A DNA stretch of 64,000 bases from Candidatus Wirthbacteria bacterium (GTDB lineage: Bacteria > Patescibacteriota > CG2-30-54-11), in NCBI GenBank assembly GCA_903889905.1, contig CAISZI010000042.1, forward strand, positions 6,000-69,999, written 5' to 3'. A program made the translations under genes and the position numbers. Shown one piece after another: positions 39,415-48,907 of the stretch. Below the pieces are notes generated by a model. That model saw only the letters and a list, made by a program, of their open reading frames with translations. It did not search any database and was not told the DNA's origin. How positions within the stretch are numbered: position 1 is the first letter of the stretch; each line of letters starts with the position of its first letter.

Positions 39415-40048
39415 CATGAGAAAACTCCATGAAAACGTTATAACGCTTAATTTCACCCGTGTAACCTGCGGGCACTGGTATCCATTCGACATGGTCGGCA
39501 GAGGGATTGAGGAATAATGGTTCGCGTCTGACTTCAACAAAGTTCAGTTGAGCATAAAGTTTAAGCGCTCTTTCGTTGTCTGATGTCGTTTCCAGCGTAT
39601 AGGTTGAGAGACCCAGAGTTTCCTTGCCCCAGGCCATCATCTGTAAAATTGCGCTCCCCATGATCCCTGGAAAGCCCTTTTCACCACGCACGATATTGTC
39701 AATTTCGCAGCTATTGTTGGCAAAATTAAAACGAAACAAGCCTACGTGGCCAATGAAATTATCTCCAACTTTGATCATAAACAAGAGGCGATCTGGGGCA
39801 CCAATCACGCCACTTTGAAACCAGCGTGTCGTTCGTTCCAGAGAAACCGGGAAGATGGCCTGAAACCAGGACTCATTATCCTTGCGCCATTTACCCAGCA
39901 ATGTCATCATCCCCACATCCATCTCGCAATCCCGCGTCAACAAGACCAACTGGTAGGCGGTTGCATTCAGAGAACAAGGAATGACAACCTCACCAAACCG
40001 GGTGTCCTTGAGTTGCTTGATTTGGGCGAGAATTTGGTCTTGGTTCAT
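39410..40048 (-). CDS. GNAT-family N-acetyltransferase.
   Basis: 212 aa with GNAT motif A around GHVGLFRFNFANNSCEIDNIVRGEK. Confidence 0.75.
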   Translation of the reverse strand: MNQDQILAQIKQLKDTRFGEVVIPCSLNATAYQLVLLTRDCEMDVGMMTLLGKWRKDNESWFQAIFPVSLERTTRWFQSGVIGAPDRLLFMIKVGDNFIGHVGLFRFNFANNSCEIDNIVRGEKGFPGIMGSAILQMMAWGKETLGLSTYTLETTSDNERALKLYAQLNFVEVRREPLFLNPSADHVEWIPVPAGYTGEIKRYNVFMEFSHD

Positions 40049-40049
40049 T

Positions 40050-41858
40050 TTAGCCTTTCTGGCTGTTTAAATCTTTTTGGTTAACCATTTCCCTGGCAAT
40101 CTCATCACGGTCGAGAAAAGGAAACATGTCTTCGTATGGCCGCGAGACCAACGTTCCATCCGCTAACTTTTCGGACGACACGCGAGGAATCAGCAGTTGC
40201 CACTCGGGCGTCATGACATCGCAGATCACTGGCCCGTCATCGTCCATCACCTCTTTGAGTTTGGCATCAACCTCAGCTACCGACTCAATCCGGACAGCTT
40301 TGATGCCATACGCTGCGGCAATTTTCATTGAATCCGGGCACCAGACGCCTGAGGTCGGCCCTTCTCCAAACAATCGCCCTTCCATGAAATTTTTCTGGGT
40401 GTGGCGGATAAGCAAGTACCCGTTGTTATTAAAAATGATTACCTTGATGGGCAAATTGTTGTGCTTGATCGTTGCCAGTTCCTGCAAATTCATCTGCAGA
40501 CTCCCATCCCCGGTAATGACAATGGTGCGCCGGCGATCATTGGCCAGGCAGGCACCAATTGCGGCAACCCAATACCCCATGGAAGACAATCCTCCCGTGG
40601 TCAAAAACCGTTGATTCTGCTTTATTTTCCAGGTCTGACAAGCAACGTGGAAGCAAGAGCCCGTGTCGACCAGGATCATGTCGTCCTGCGTAGCGGCTTG
40701 TGAAAGCTTGTCGGTGAAGTAGTACGAATTGACCGGTTTTTCATCGACGTAAGCAGGCAAAACAACCGGATAGGTCGTTTTCCAGTGATTACATTTATCG
40801 ACCCACGCGTTGAAGTCGGGTTTGGTTGTCAGCTTGGCTGAAGCACGATTGAGATTTTGCAGAAACACCTTGGCGTCGCACTGGATCTTGAGTGCGTCGT
40901 CAAAACCAGGCTTGTATAATTCCTCGGTGTCGATATCAACAATCACCTTGCGTGCTGTTTTGGCAAAGTTCTTCAGATCATGCCCAACCAGCGCTGTGGC
41001 TAGACGACAGCCAACCGTAATCATGGCATCGGCATTCTGAATGGCAAAGTTGGCCGCTCGTTCACCATATGTTCCTGGCCTGCCAACATAAAGCCGGTTG
41101 TCGCTGGCGATAATATCGATCCCCAACCGTGAGGTCAATACCGGAATGTTGAGCTGTTTGAGGGTAACCATCAATTCTTCAATCGCGTTCGCTATGCGCA
41201 CCCCATGTCCGACCAGCAAAATCGGACGTTTGGAGGTGGTGATGATATCCAGAACTTTGACAATTTCTTCCTGCATCAACTCCATATTTGTCGTTTCCGG
41301 TGGCGGGATAAATTCCTCCAGCACTTTGTTAGGAACTTCCATGCGCTGCACATCCAACGGGACATCCACCCAGACTGGCCCGGGACGACCGGTAGTCGCC
41401 AGGTAATAGGCTTTTTGCATGTAATAAAGAATTTTGGCGGGGTCATCAACGGTGACAAAAAACTTGGTCGCGCGTTCGACAAACGGTTTGATTAAAATGC
41501 CCTGGATACCATACTGACGAATTTTGGTTTTTTCCTGGTATTGCACGAATGACAAAGGTGCCTGCCCAGAGACCACCATCATGGGTGATGAATCCGTCCA
41601 GCCACCTGCCAACCCGTTGATCACGTTCATGCTTCCTGGTCCGGCCGTGACCAGAGCCAATCCCAGTTTGCCGGTAAGGCGACCATAAGCATCCGCTGCC
41701 ATTCCGGCAGACTGTTCATGGTGCGTACAAATAGACTGGAAATTCTTGTTCTGGAATAAAGCATCGTTTAAAAACATAGCTTGGCCACCGGTCACCAAAA
41801 AGCAGGTATTTACTCCCTTTTTGGCCAGGAAATCAAAGATAAAATCGGCAACGCGCAT
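40050..41858 (-). CDS. Thiamine-pyrophosphate-dependent enzyme of the acetolactate-synthase large-subunit family (YerE-like carboligase candidate).
   Basis: 602 aa with all three TPP-enzyme domains. The TPP-binding motif is ITGDGSLQMNLQELATI...NN. Confidence 0.85.
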   Translation of the reverse strand: MRVADFIFDFLAKKGVNTCFLVTGGQAMFLNDALFQNKNFQSICTHHEQSAGMAADAYGRLTGKLGLALVTAGPGSMNVINGLAGGWTDSSPMMVVSGQAPLSFVQYQEKTKIRQYGIQGILIKPFVERATKFFVTVDDPAKILYYMQKAYYLATTGRPGPVWVDVPLDVQRMEVPNKVLEEFIPPPETTNMELMQEEIVKVLDIITTSKRPILLVGHGVRIANAIEELMVTLKQLNIPVLTSRLGIDIIASDNRLYVGRPGTYGERAANFAIQNADAMITVGCRLATALVGHDLKNFAKTARKVIVDIDTEELYKPGFDDALKIQCDAKVFLQNLNRASAKLTTKPDFNAWVDKCNHWKTTYPVVLPAYVDEKPVNSYYFTDKLSQAATQDDMILVDTGSCFHVACQTWKIKQNQRFLTTGGLSSMGYWVAAIGACLANDRRRTIVITGDGSLQMNLQELATIKHNNLPIKVIIFNNNGYLLIRHTQKNFMEGRLFGEGPTSGVWCPDSMKIAAAYGIKAVRIESVAEVDAKLKEVMDDDGPVICDVMTPEWQLLIPRVSSEKLADGTLVSRPYEDMFPFLDRDEIAREMVNQKDLNSQKG

Positions 41859-41878
41859 ACCATCCTCACAATTAAAAA

Positions 41879-42934
41879 TTACGACAAGGCTTCTAACTGA
41901 TAGCTGATATTATCGTCTTTTTTGCGTTCCGCCAACTCCATGGCGACTTCCACGATAAAATCTTCCTGCCCGCCAATGATTTTGCGACGTCCAAGTTCGA
42001 CAAAAATATCCCGGGCATCCACACCAAACCGTTCCGCCGCTTTTTTGACATGCGGAGCAAACGCCGAGAAAACGCCTGCCATGCCACTGATCAGGCTGAT
42101 CGTAGTAATTTCCTGCGGCTTCTGCATCAAAGCAGTCACCACTTGCTCACTGACATCCATAAGTTGATACAAATTCAGACCGGTTTCAATCTGTTCCTTG
42201 ACTAGCAGTCCAGCCAGAACCTCAAGCTGACAGTTGCCTGCGCCAGCACCCAGCCCGCGTAATGTACCGTCAATAATTGTCGCCCCAGCCTTAATCGCTG
42301 TATAAGAATTTGCCACGGCCAAACTTAGATTGTTGTGCGCGTGAAAACCAACCGGTATTTGCAGGCCAGCGACGAGCGTCTGCACCGTCGTGGTAACCAT
42401 TTCCGGCAATGATGCTCCAGCCGAATCCATCAAAATCACCCCGAGGGCGCCGTAACTTTGCATTTTGAGCGCTTCTTCCAAAAGCTTGGGTGGGGTTGCC
42501 ATGTGATACATCATCAGCACACCATAAGCCTCCTTACCCTGCTCGCGCACAAATTCAATGTGCTGGCGAGTGACATCGGCTTCGGTACAATGCGTACCGA
42601 TACAAACCAGATCAACGCCAGCAGCAAGCGCTGGAGCCAAATTTTCCTTGATCGTACCAAACCCGGGAATCATAAATGTCCCCAATCTGGTTTGCTGCAG
42701 TTGACGACGAGCGGCCGTAAGCATCTCCAAATCAGTGGTTTTGGACAATCCAACCTGTAGCGACGATGCACCAAGTCCATTGCCGTGGCCGACGATAATT
42801 GTATGCAAACCAGCACCTTCCGCCTGGCTGCAGTAGACCGTGATCTGGTCAGTCGTGAGCTGATGCCCGATCGCATGTGATCCGTCCCGTAACGTAGAAT
42901 CAAAAAAAAGCGTTTTACCCATACTCATTCCCAA
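41879..42934 (-). CDS. 4-Hydroxy-2-oxovalerate aldolase family (DmpG/BphI/MhpE-like).
   Basis: 351 aa. It has the HMGL-like/DRE-TIM N-terminus (FFDSTLRDGSHA) and the C-terminal DmpG communication domain. Confidence 0.85.
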   Translation of the reverse strand: MGMSMGKTLFFDSTLRDGSHAIGHQLTTDQITVYCSQAEGAGLHTIIVGHGNGLGASSLQVGLSKTTDLEMLTAARRQLQQTRLGTFMIPGFGTIKENLAPALAAGVDLVCIGTHCTEADVTRQHIEFVREQGKEAYGVLMMYHMATPPKLLEEALKMQSYGALGVILMDSAGASLPEMVTTTVQTLVAGLQIPVGFHAHNNLSLAVANSYTAIKAGATIIDGTLRGLGAGAGNCQLEVLAGLLVKEQIETGLNLYQLMDVSEQVVTALMQKPQEITTISLISGMAGVFSAFAPHVKKAAERFGVDARDIFVELGRRKIIGGQEDFIVEVAMELAERKKDDNISYQLEALS

Positions 42935-43807
42935 CTAAGCTAAAATTTTGTAACGGGCATATTTTTCGGCAATGCTCACGGCCCCGCAGGTAATAATATC
43001 CAGATTCCCTGAGTATTTGGGCAAAAAATCACCCAAGCCAACGACTTCCACCGTGGTTGTCACGCGACCATTTTCAAAAACAGGTTCTACTGTAACTTTG
43101 TAACCTGGCACGTATTGTTGCACGCTTTTGACAATAGCCGCAATTTCCACCTTCAGTAAATCGATTTTGGGTTGAGGGATCTGTGCGTAAACCGTATTGC
43201 GCATGATCACCGGCGGTTCTGCGGGATTGAGGATGATGATTGCTTTGGCTCTAGGTACGCCAGTAAACGCCACAATTGCGTCCCGGGTTGTCTGGGTGAA
43301 CTCGTCAATGTTGGCACGGGTGCCGGGCCCTGCGGATTTGGAGGCAATACTGGCAACAATTTCAATGTACTCAATTTCGGGGTGAACTTTCATGTAGGCA
43401 TAGGCAATCGGTATAGAACCCTGGCCACCGCAAGTAATCAGATTGATATTTTTTTCGCTCAGGCACTCGTCGCCGTTTAACACTGGTACGCACATTTTAC
43501 CGATCTGGGACGGTGTCAGGTCAATCGCAAATTTGTTCAGTTTGGCCAGGATCGGGGCATTCGTCTGATGGACTTTGGCGGAGGTTGCGTCAAAAACAAT
43601 CTCGCAACAATTGGGGTTGTCTTCAATGGCTTTAATCGACTCACACGAAGTGGGAACGCCCATGCTCTGAGCACGCTTAATTCCTTCGGAATCCGGATTC
43701 CGGCCAGCGAACATCCCACATTCCAGGATTTCCGATCGGAGCACTTTGAATAACAAATCCGTACCGATATTGCCTGTACCAATAATGCCAACCTTTACTT
43801 TGTCCAT
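42935..43807 (-). CDS. Acetaldehyde dehydrogenase, acetylating (DmpF/MhpF/BphJ-like).
   Basis: 290 aa. It has KVGIIGTGNIGTDL and the catalytic Cys in NLITCGGQ, and is adjacent to the aldolase as in dmpFG. Confidence 0.88.
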   Translation of the reverse strand: MDKVKVGIIGTGNIGTDLLFKVLRSEILECGMFAGRNPDSEGIKRAQSMGVPTSCESIKAIEDNPNCCEIVFDATSAKVHQTNAPILAKLNKFAIDLTPSQIGKMCVPVLNGDECLSEKNINLITCGGQGSIPIAYAYMKVHPEIEYIEIVASIASKSAGPGTRANIDEFTQTTRDAIVAFTGVPRAKAIIILNPAEPPVIMRNTVYAQIPQPKIDLLKVEIAAIVKSVQQYVPGYKVTVEPVFENGRVTTTVEVVGLGDFLPKYSGNLDIITCGAVSIAEKYARYKILA

Positions 43808-44898
43808 GTCACCAATCTAGCAGTCGCTAATTTAATATAATCTCGCAGCTGTTCAATACTACTTGTTCTTTTGTTCAGATAAAACGCTTTATACCACTCT
43901 GCTGTTTTTAGCATGGATTCATTCAAGGCCAGCACTGGATCCCATGACAGGTAGCGGTGAGCCTTGGAACAATCCAACTGCAGCAAATTTGCCTCATGCA
44001 GGCCCGAATAATTTTGAATATTATATTGAATAGCGTTCCATTCGTGTTGCATCGCTTTGACGATTACTTCCACCGACAGATTGTCACTCGCCTCTGGCCC
44101 AAAATTCCAAGCCTCTGCATATTCTTTCCTGCCCTCTAACAGCTTCTGTCCAAGTAACAAATAACCGGAAAGTGGCTCCAATACATGTTGCCACGGTCGT
44201 GTTGAAGCTGGATTGCGCAATGTCACAGGTTGCCCTTTACTTGCCGCCCTCATAATATCAGGAATTAGGCGGTCCTCAGCCCAATCTCCGCCACCAATCA
44301 CATTCCCAGCCCGTGCGCTGGCAATCAAGACATTGTGTTTGCGACCAAAGTCCTGCAAATTGAAGAAGGAATTTCGATACGCTTGTGTCACCAGTTCCGC
44401 ACAACCTTTGGAGGAACTATAAGGATCAAATCCACCCATGGAATCGGTTTCCCGATAGCCCCAGACCCATTCTTTATTGTCATAGCATTTATCGCTGGTC
44501 ACAATCACAACCGCTTTGACCGAATCAATCCGACGGCATGCTTCGAGGACATTAACGGTACCCATGATGTTGGTCGAATATGTCTCAACCGGCTGCTCGT
44601 AAGACTTTCGCACCAGTGGCTGGGCTGCCAGATGGAAAATTATCTCCGGTTTGAAATCACTCACTGCTGCCGTTAAACGCTCCAAATCCCGGATATCGGC
44701 GATCTCAGACTTCATCTCTAGGTCGAGCAGATTAAAATGATTGGGCTCAAAATTTGGGTCCAGAGCATAGCCCATCACCTCTACGCCCATTTCCCTGAGC
44801 CACAAACAAAGCCACGATCCTTTAAATCCGGTATGCCCGGTGACCAAGACTTTTTTCCCATCATATATTCCACCAAACAGGTCTACCAGTTTTTCCAT
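43795..44898 (-). CDS. ddhB: CDP-glucose 4,6-dehydratase.
   Basis: It has VLVTGHTGFKGSWLCLWL and an SDKCYDNKE (YxxxK) motif. The start is set at MEKLVDLFGG (44898). Confidence 0.88.
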   Translation of the reverse strand: MEKLVDLFGGIYDGKKVLVTGHTGFKGSWLCLWLREMGVEVMGYALDPNFEPNHFNLLDLEMKSEIADIRDLERLTAAVSDFKPEIIFHLAAQPLVRKSYEQPVETYSTNIMGTVNVLEACRRIDSVKAVVIVTSDKCYDNKEWVWGYRETDSMGGFDPYSSSKGCAELVTQAYRNSFFNLQDFGRKHNVLIASARAGNVIGGGDWAEDRLIPDIMRAASKGQPVTLRNPASTRPWQHVLEPLSGYLLLGQKLLEGRKEYAEAWNFGPEASDNLSVEVIVKAMQHEWNAIQYNIQNYSGLHEANLLQLDCSKAHRYLSWDPVLALNESMLKTAEWYKAFYLNKRTSSIEQLRDYIKLATARLVTWTK

Positions 44899-45653
44899 GG
44901 GGCCTTGCCTTCGTTCCAAATCTGATCCAACTTTTGTTTGTCGCGTAGCGTATCCATACATTGCCAAAAGCCATGATGTTTGAAGGTAAAGAGTTCACCT
45001 TGCGTCGCCATTTGTTCGAGTGGTTGCCGCTCCCAGATCATATCATCCCCAACGATAGAATCCAACGCGTCAGCTTCACAAACAAAAAACCCACCGTTTA
45101 TCCATGATGCATCCCCTTTGGGTTTTTCCAAGAAAGCCGAGACTCGTCCATTGTCCTCAATCTGCAATGATCCAAATCTTCCTTCGGGTTGCACGGCTGT
45201 CAGGGTAACTTTTTTGCCATGAGCACGGTGGAACTTGACCAAGTCAGGTATGTTCACATCAGCAACGCCATCGCCATAGGTGAGCAAAAAGCTTTCGTCA
45301 TTCAGATATTCTTTGGCCCGTTTGAGTCGTCCACCGGTCATCGTATTTAAGCCGGTATCCAACAGCGTTACTTTCCATGATTCGGAAAAGGAATGATGCG
45401 TTGTCATCTGGTCGGTTTTGAGATCAAACGTGACATCACTATTGTGCAAAAAATAATTGGCAAAATACTCCTTGATGACATATCCGCGGTAACCCAGGAG
45501 CACGACAAAATCATTATAACCATAGCTCGCATAATTCTTCATGATATGCCACAGAATCGGCTTTCCACCAATTTCCACCATGGGTTTGGGTTTCAGTTCG
45601 GTTTCTTCACTGATGCGTGTCCCCAGTCCACCTGCCAGGATAACCACTTTCAT
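44883..45653 (-). CDS. ddhA: Glucose-1-phosphate cytidylyltransferase.
   Basis: The start is set at MKVVILAGGLGTR (45653), with the GGLGTRISEETELKPKPMVEIGGKPILWHIM motif. Confidence 0.88.
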   Translation of the reverse strand: MKVVILAGGLGTRISEETELKPKPMVEIGGKPILWHIMKNYASYGYNDFVVLLGYRGYVIKEYFANYFLHNSDVTFDLKTDQMTTHHSFSESWKVTLLDTGLNTMTGGRLKRAKEYLNDESFLLTYGDGVADVNIPDLVKFHRAHGKKVTLTAVQPEGRFGSLQIEDNGRVSAFLEKPKGDASWINGGFFVCEADALDSIVGDDMIWERQPLEQMATQGELFTFKHHGFWQCMDTLRDKQKLDQIWNEGKAPWKNW

Positions 45654-45682
45654 CTTGGATTCCTCATGTAAATGGGTTGAAT

Positions 45683-46366
45683 CTATTGCCAATCATCGGT
45701 GATGACATGTTCTCCGCTCACCCCATGCCCTGTCAAAAACTGTTTGAAACTCCGGATCATCAGAGGCGGGCCAGAAACAAAATACGTGGTCCCGCTCCCG
45801 TGCTGCTCGAGGATTTTGGCGATATTAATCACGCCGCTTACGTCCTGTTGCGTCACATCAACGACAAAACCAGGATTAATAACTTTGGCGCGAGCGAAAT
45901 CATCCTGATACAAATGATAGGCAGCTGAGCGTACGCCCAGGTAAAGTTGTGGATTGATGTAGCTCGCAAATTCAGTACTGGTAAACAGTGACAAATAGGG
46001 TGTCACGCCTGTCCCACCTGCAATAAACACACAATTGCCCTGGTCATGCCCATGGTCAAACAACTCCCCAAATGGCAACTTGAGCCAAACCAGCACACCA
46101 GGACGCAGCTCGCTTGCCATCCGTTTTGTGAATTCCCCCTTGGCGGCAAACGTAATACGGATTAGTTCTTCATCAGGGTTAGATTGCATGGAAAAGCAGC
46201 GCGAATCCGGCCATGGCATGGTTGGATCATATTTTTCCAGCGCCAAATGCAGAAACTGGCCCGGCCGGTAGTCAAAGCGTCGCTCCGTGGACCGCAATTT
46301 GACCACATAGATATTGTCGATCACAATGTCGATGGCTTCGACCTGGCTTAAATATTTACGAATCAT
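45683..46366 (-). CDS. FNR-like FAD/NAD(P)-binding oxidoreductase. It is an E3-like CDP-6-deoxy-delta-3,4-glucoseen reductase module with no 2Fe-2S ferredoxin domain.
   Basis: 227 aa with RCFSMQS (RxYS-type FAD) and GGTGVTP (NAD) motifs. There is no N-terminal Cys cluster. Confidence 0.65.
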   Translation of the reverse strand: MIRKYLSQVEAIDIVIDNIYVVKLRSTERRFDYRPGQFLHLALEKYDPTMPWPDSRCFSMQSNPDEELIRITFAAKGEFTKRMASELRPGVLVWLKLPFGELFDHGHDQGNCVFIAGGTGVTPYLSLFTSTEFASYINPQLYLGVRSAAYHLYQDDFARAKVINPGFVVDVTQQDVSGVINIAKILEQHGSGTTYFVSGPPLMIRSFKQFLTGHGVSGEHVITDDWQ

Positions 46367-47664
46367 GCCCGATCCTTGATGAAATCTGCTACCATTTCCC
46401 CTACATAAGCTATCATCTCCGTCGTCAGACCAGGATAAACACCCAGGAAAAAGGACTGATTCATAACAAAATCGGTTTGTTCGAGGCTACCTGCAACACG
46501 AAAGTTACGGTCAATGAACGCCGGTTGCCGGATGATATTCCCGGCGAAGATATTGCGGGTTTCAATCCGTTTGCTGTTCAGGAATTTGACAAAATCTTCA
46601 CGGCTAAACGGCGCATCCGGGCACACAGACAGGATAAAGCTAAACCAGGCTGGATCACTGTTGGGTGTTGCCTGTGGTAGAACAAAGTACTTGGGATACT
46701 TGGCAAACAGTTCATAATATGCGGCAAAATTTTGTTTGCGTTTTTCACAAAAAGCCGGCAATTTGTCCATCTGGGCAGAACCGATCGCGGCTTGCATCTC
46801 AGTCATTTTGAGGTTATAGCCAATTTCAGAATAAACATACTTGTGGTCATACCCCAGCGGCAATGTGCCAAACTGCTGGCTAAACCGTTTGCCGCAGGTA
46901 TTGTTCTCGCCACCCGCGCAGTAGCAGTCACGGCCCCAGTCTCGGAACGAACGGACAATCCGCGCCAGCTGATCGTCGCTGGTAACAATGGCGCCGCCTT
47001 CACCAGTTGTGATGTGATGCGCAGGATAGAACGAAATCGTCGACAAATGACCAAAAGTCCCGGTCAGCTTACCATGATAACGGCTGCCAAAAGCGTCGCA
47101 ATTGTCTTCCACCAGCCACAGTTTCTTGTCCCGGACAATTTCCAGAATTGGCTCCAGATCATAGGGGTTACCAAGCGTATGCGCCAAAAAGATACATTTT
47201 GTTTTGTCAGTAAGGGCGGCCTTCAAAGCGTTGACATTAACATTGTATGTGGGCAACTCAACGTCGACAAAAACGGGAATCATCTGGTTCTGCAGGATTG
47301 GTGTGACGGTGGCCGGGAACCCTGCCGCGACAGTAATCACCTCATCACCAGGCTGCAAAGCTCTATCCCCAAGTTTCCGCGAAGTGAGAGCAGAAAAGGC
47401 CAACAAATTGGCTGAGGACCCCGAGTTGGTCAGAATAACGTTCGCAACTCCCAGAAAATCACTGATCTTCTGGGCAAATTCCTCGCTGAACCGACCTTCG
47501 GTTAACCAGAAGTCCAAACTGGCGTCAACGGCATTAATAATCTCTTTTTCGTCAAAAACACGACCCGCGTATTTGACACCATTTTTCATTGGATTATTGT
47601 CACCCAACCCAAAATTTTCATCATAATATTGTTTGACAAGCGCTCTAATCTGATCACGCAACAT
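46363..47664 (-). CDS. ddhC: CDP-6-deoxy-D-xylo-4-hexulose-3-dehydrase (E1, RfbH/DdhC), PMP-dependent.
   Basis: 433 aa of the DegT fold. The active site carries His in place of the PLP-Lys (YPAHHITTGEGG). It also has the E1-type Cys motif DCYCAGGENNTC (C-x-C-x7-C) for a 2Fe-2S cluster. Confidence 0.88.
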   Translation of the reverse strand: MLRDQIRALVKQYYDENFGLGDNNPMKNGVKYAGRVFDEKEIINAVDASLDFWLTEGRFSEEFAQKISDFLGVANVILTNSGSSANLLAFSALTSRKLGDRALQPGDEVITVAAGFPATVTPILQNQMIPVFVDVELPTYNVNVNALKAALTDKTKCIFLAHTLGNPYDLEPILEIVRDKKLWLVEDNCDAFGSRYHGKLTGTFGHLSTISFYPAHHITTGEGGAIVTSDDQLARIVRSFRDWGRDCYCAGGENNTCGKRFSQQFGTLPLGYDHKYVYSEIGYNLKMTEMQAAIGSAQMDKLPAFCEKRKQNFAAYYELFAKYPKYFVLPQATPNSDPAWFSFILSVCPDAPFSREDFVKFLNSKRIETRNIFAGNIIRQPAFIDRNFRVAGSLEQTDFVMNQSFFLGVYPGLTTEMIAYVGEMVADFIKDRA

Positions 47665-47934
47665 AATTTAACCCATTGATGGAAATTAACAAAAGGCAGT
47701 TTATAATATTTCCTCCCATAACGCCACAGTATTTATTCACTCAAGCTGAGTAAACATTGCCAACATTTTGTCTCCCCAATTCGAACAAACAAATGTAGCT
47801 ACCTCAATTTTTAAACCCTAGGATTTCACACTTTTTGCGGCTTCATCCAATGGAATGTATGTTAGAATTGAATGAAATAATAGATTTAAATTAAATTTTG
47901 TATTTGATACTTATGAACATTTAATCAATAAAAA
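47665..47934 (-). promoter_or_regulatory. AT-rich 270-bp non-coding gap inside the glycan locus. It probably holds the promoter for the ddh/TPP operon.
   Basis: There is no ORF on either strand, and -10-like TATTATAAA elements are present upstream of ddhC. This is the only sizeable intergenic gap in a 33 kb co-directional locus. Confidence 0.3.
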
Positions 47935-48876
47935 TCAATTTGACCGAAAATTAAGCAACCTCAGTTCATAGTTAAAATGGTGGATTTTGACACAAGTATC
48001 TAAGATTACACCAATATTAAGAGAAATAAACGATATCAACATAAATCCAGTTGCCAATATTGCCGAAGGAACTTTGTGGATATAATGGGTTTCAATAAAT
48101 TCAAGCATCACTGGGTAGCCAACAATCAAACCAAACAGCATAAAAATAGCTGCCGCAGAACAAAAAAATGAAAGGGGTCGATAATCTTTAAATATTGAAA
48201 AAATCATTTTCAAAACTCTCGCACCATCTTGAAAAGTATTAAGCTTCGAACTGCTCCCCTGCGGACGGTCTTTAAAATCGATTGGTATTTCAATAATCCG
48301 AAAACGTTTATCAAGCGCATGCAATGTCATTTCCGTTTCAAGTTCAAAACCGTTTGAGAGGATTGGATAATTTTTAACAAAACGCTTACTAAATACACGA
48401 TAGCCGCTCATAATGTCTTTGAGATTGGCTTTAAATAAAAAATTGATTAATGAATTTACCAGTTGATTACCAAATTGATGGAATTTACGTTTATTTTCAT
48501 TTTGATATAAACCATTACTTTGACGATCGCCAACCACCATATCACAGTTACCTTCAGTCACTGGCCGAATTAATGCACGCACTGAATGCATCGGATATGT
48601 CGAATCCGCATCGACCATCACATAGATATCCGCATTAATTTGGGTAAAAGCCCGCCTGACGGCAAAGGCCTTGCCCTGTTGCGCCTCAAACAAAACCTCG
48701 CCATTTGTTTCCGGATTTGCCTTAAAAAACTGCTTGGCAATCGCGTTTGTTTGATCGGTTGAGTTATTGTCGATTACATAAATCTCTGCCTCCGGCAAGT
48801 GCGACCTGATATCTTTCAAGGTTGAAAGCAATGTTAATTCTTCATTGTATGCGGGGACGATTATGGCTATTTTCAT
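47935..48876 (-). CDS. GT2 polyprenyl-phosphate glycosyltransferase (GtrB-like) with C-terminal TM helices.
   Basis: The start is set at MKIAIIVPAYNEE (48876), with IDNNSTD and VDADSTY (DXD) motifs and two C-terminal TM helices. Confidence 0.8.
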   Translation of the reverse strand: MKIAIIVPAYNEELTLLSTLKDIRSHLPEAEIYVIDNNSTDQTNAIAKQFFKANPETNGEVLFEAQQGKAFAVRRAFTQINADIYVMVDADSTYPMHSVRALIRPVTEGNCDMVVGDRQSNGLYQNENKRKFHQFGNQLVNSLINFLFKANLKDIMSGYRVFSKRFVKNYPILSNGFELETEMTLHALDKRFRIIEIPIDFKDRPQGSSSKLNTFQDGARVLKMIFSIFKDYRPLSFFCSAAAIFMLFGLIVGYPVMLEFIETHYIHKVPSAILATGFMLISFISLNIGVILDTCVKIHHFNYELRLLNFRSN

Positions 48877-48907
48877 ATAATCTAAGATTAATAATCGAAT
48901 ACAAACT

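Noticed and set aside
41879-43807. The aldolase/acetaldehyde-dehydrogenase pair as evidence of an aromatic meta-cleavage catabolic island.
   Set aside because: No dioxygenase, hydrolase or hydratase partners are present. The pair is embedded co-directionally with tight junctions (0 to 20 nt gaps) inside a sugar-nucleotide operon.
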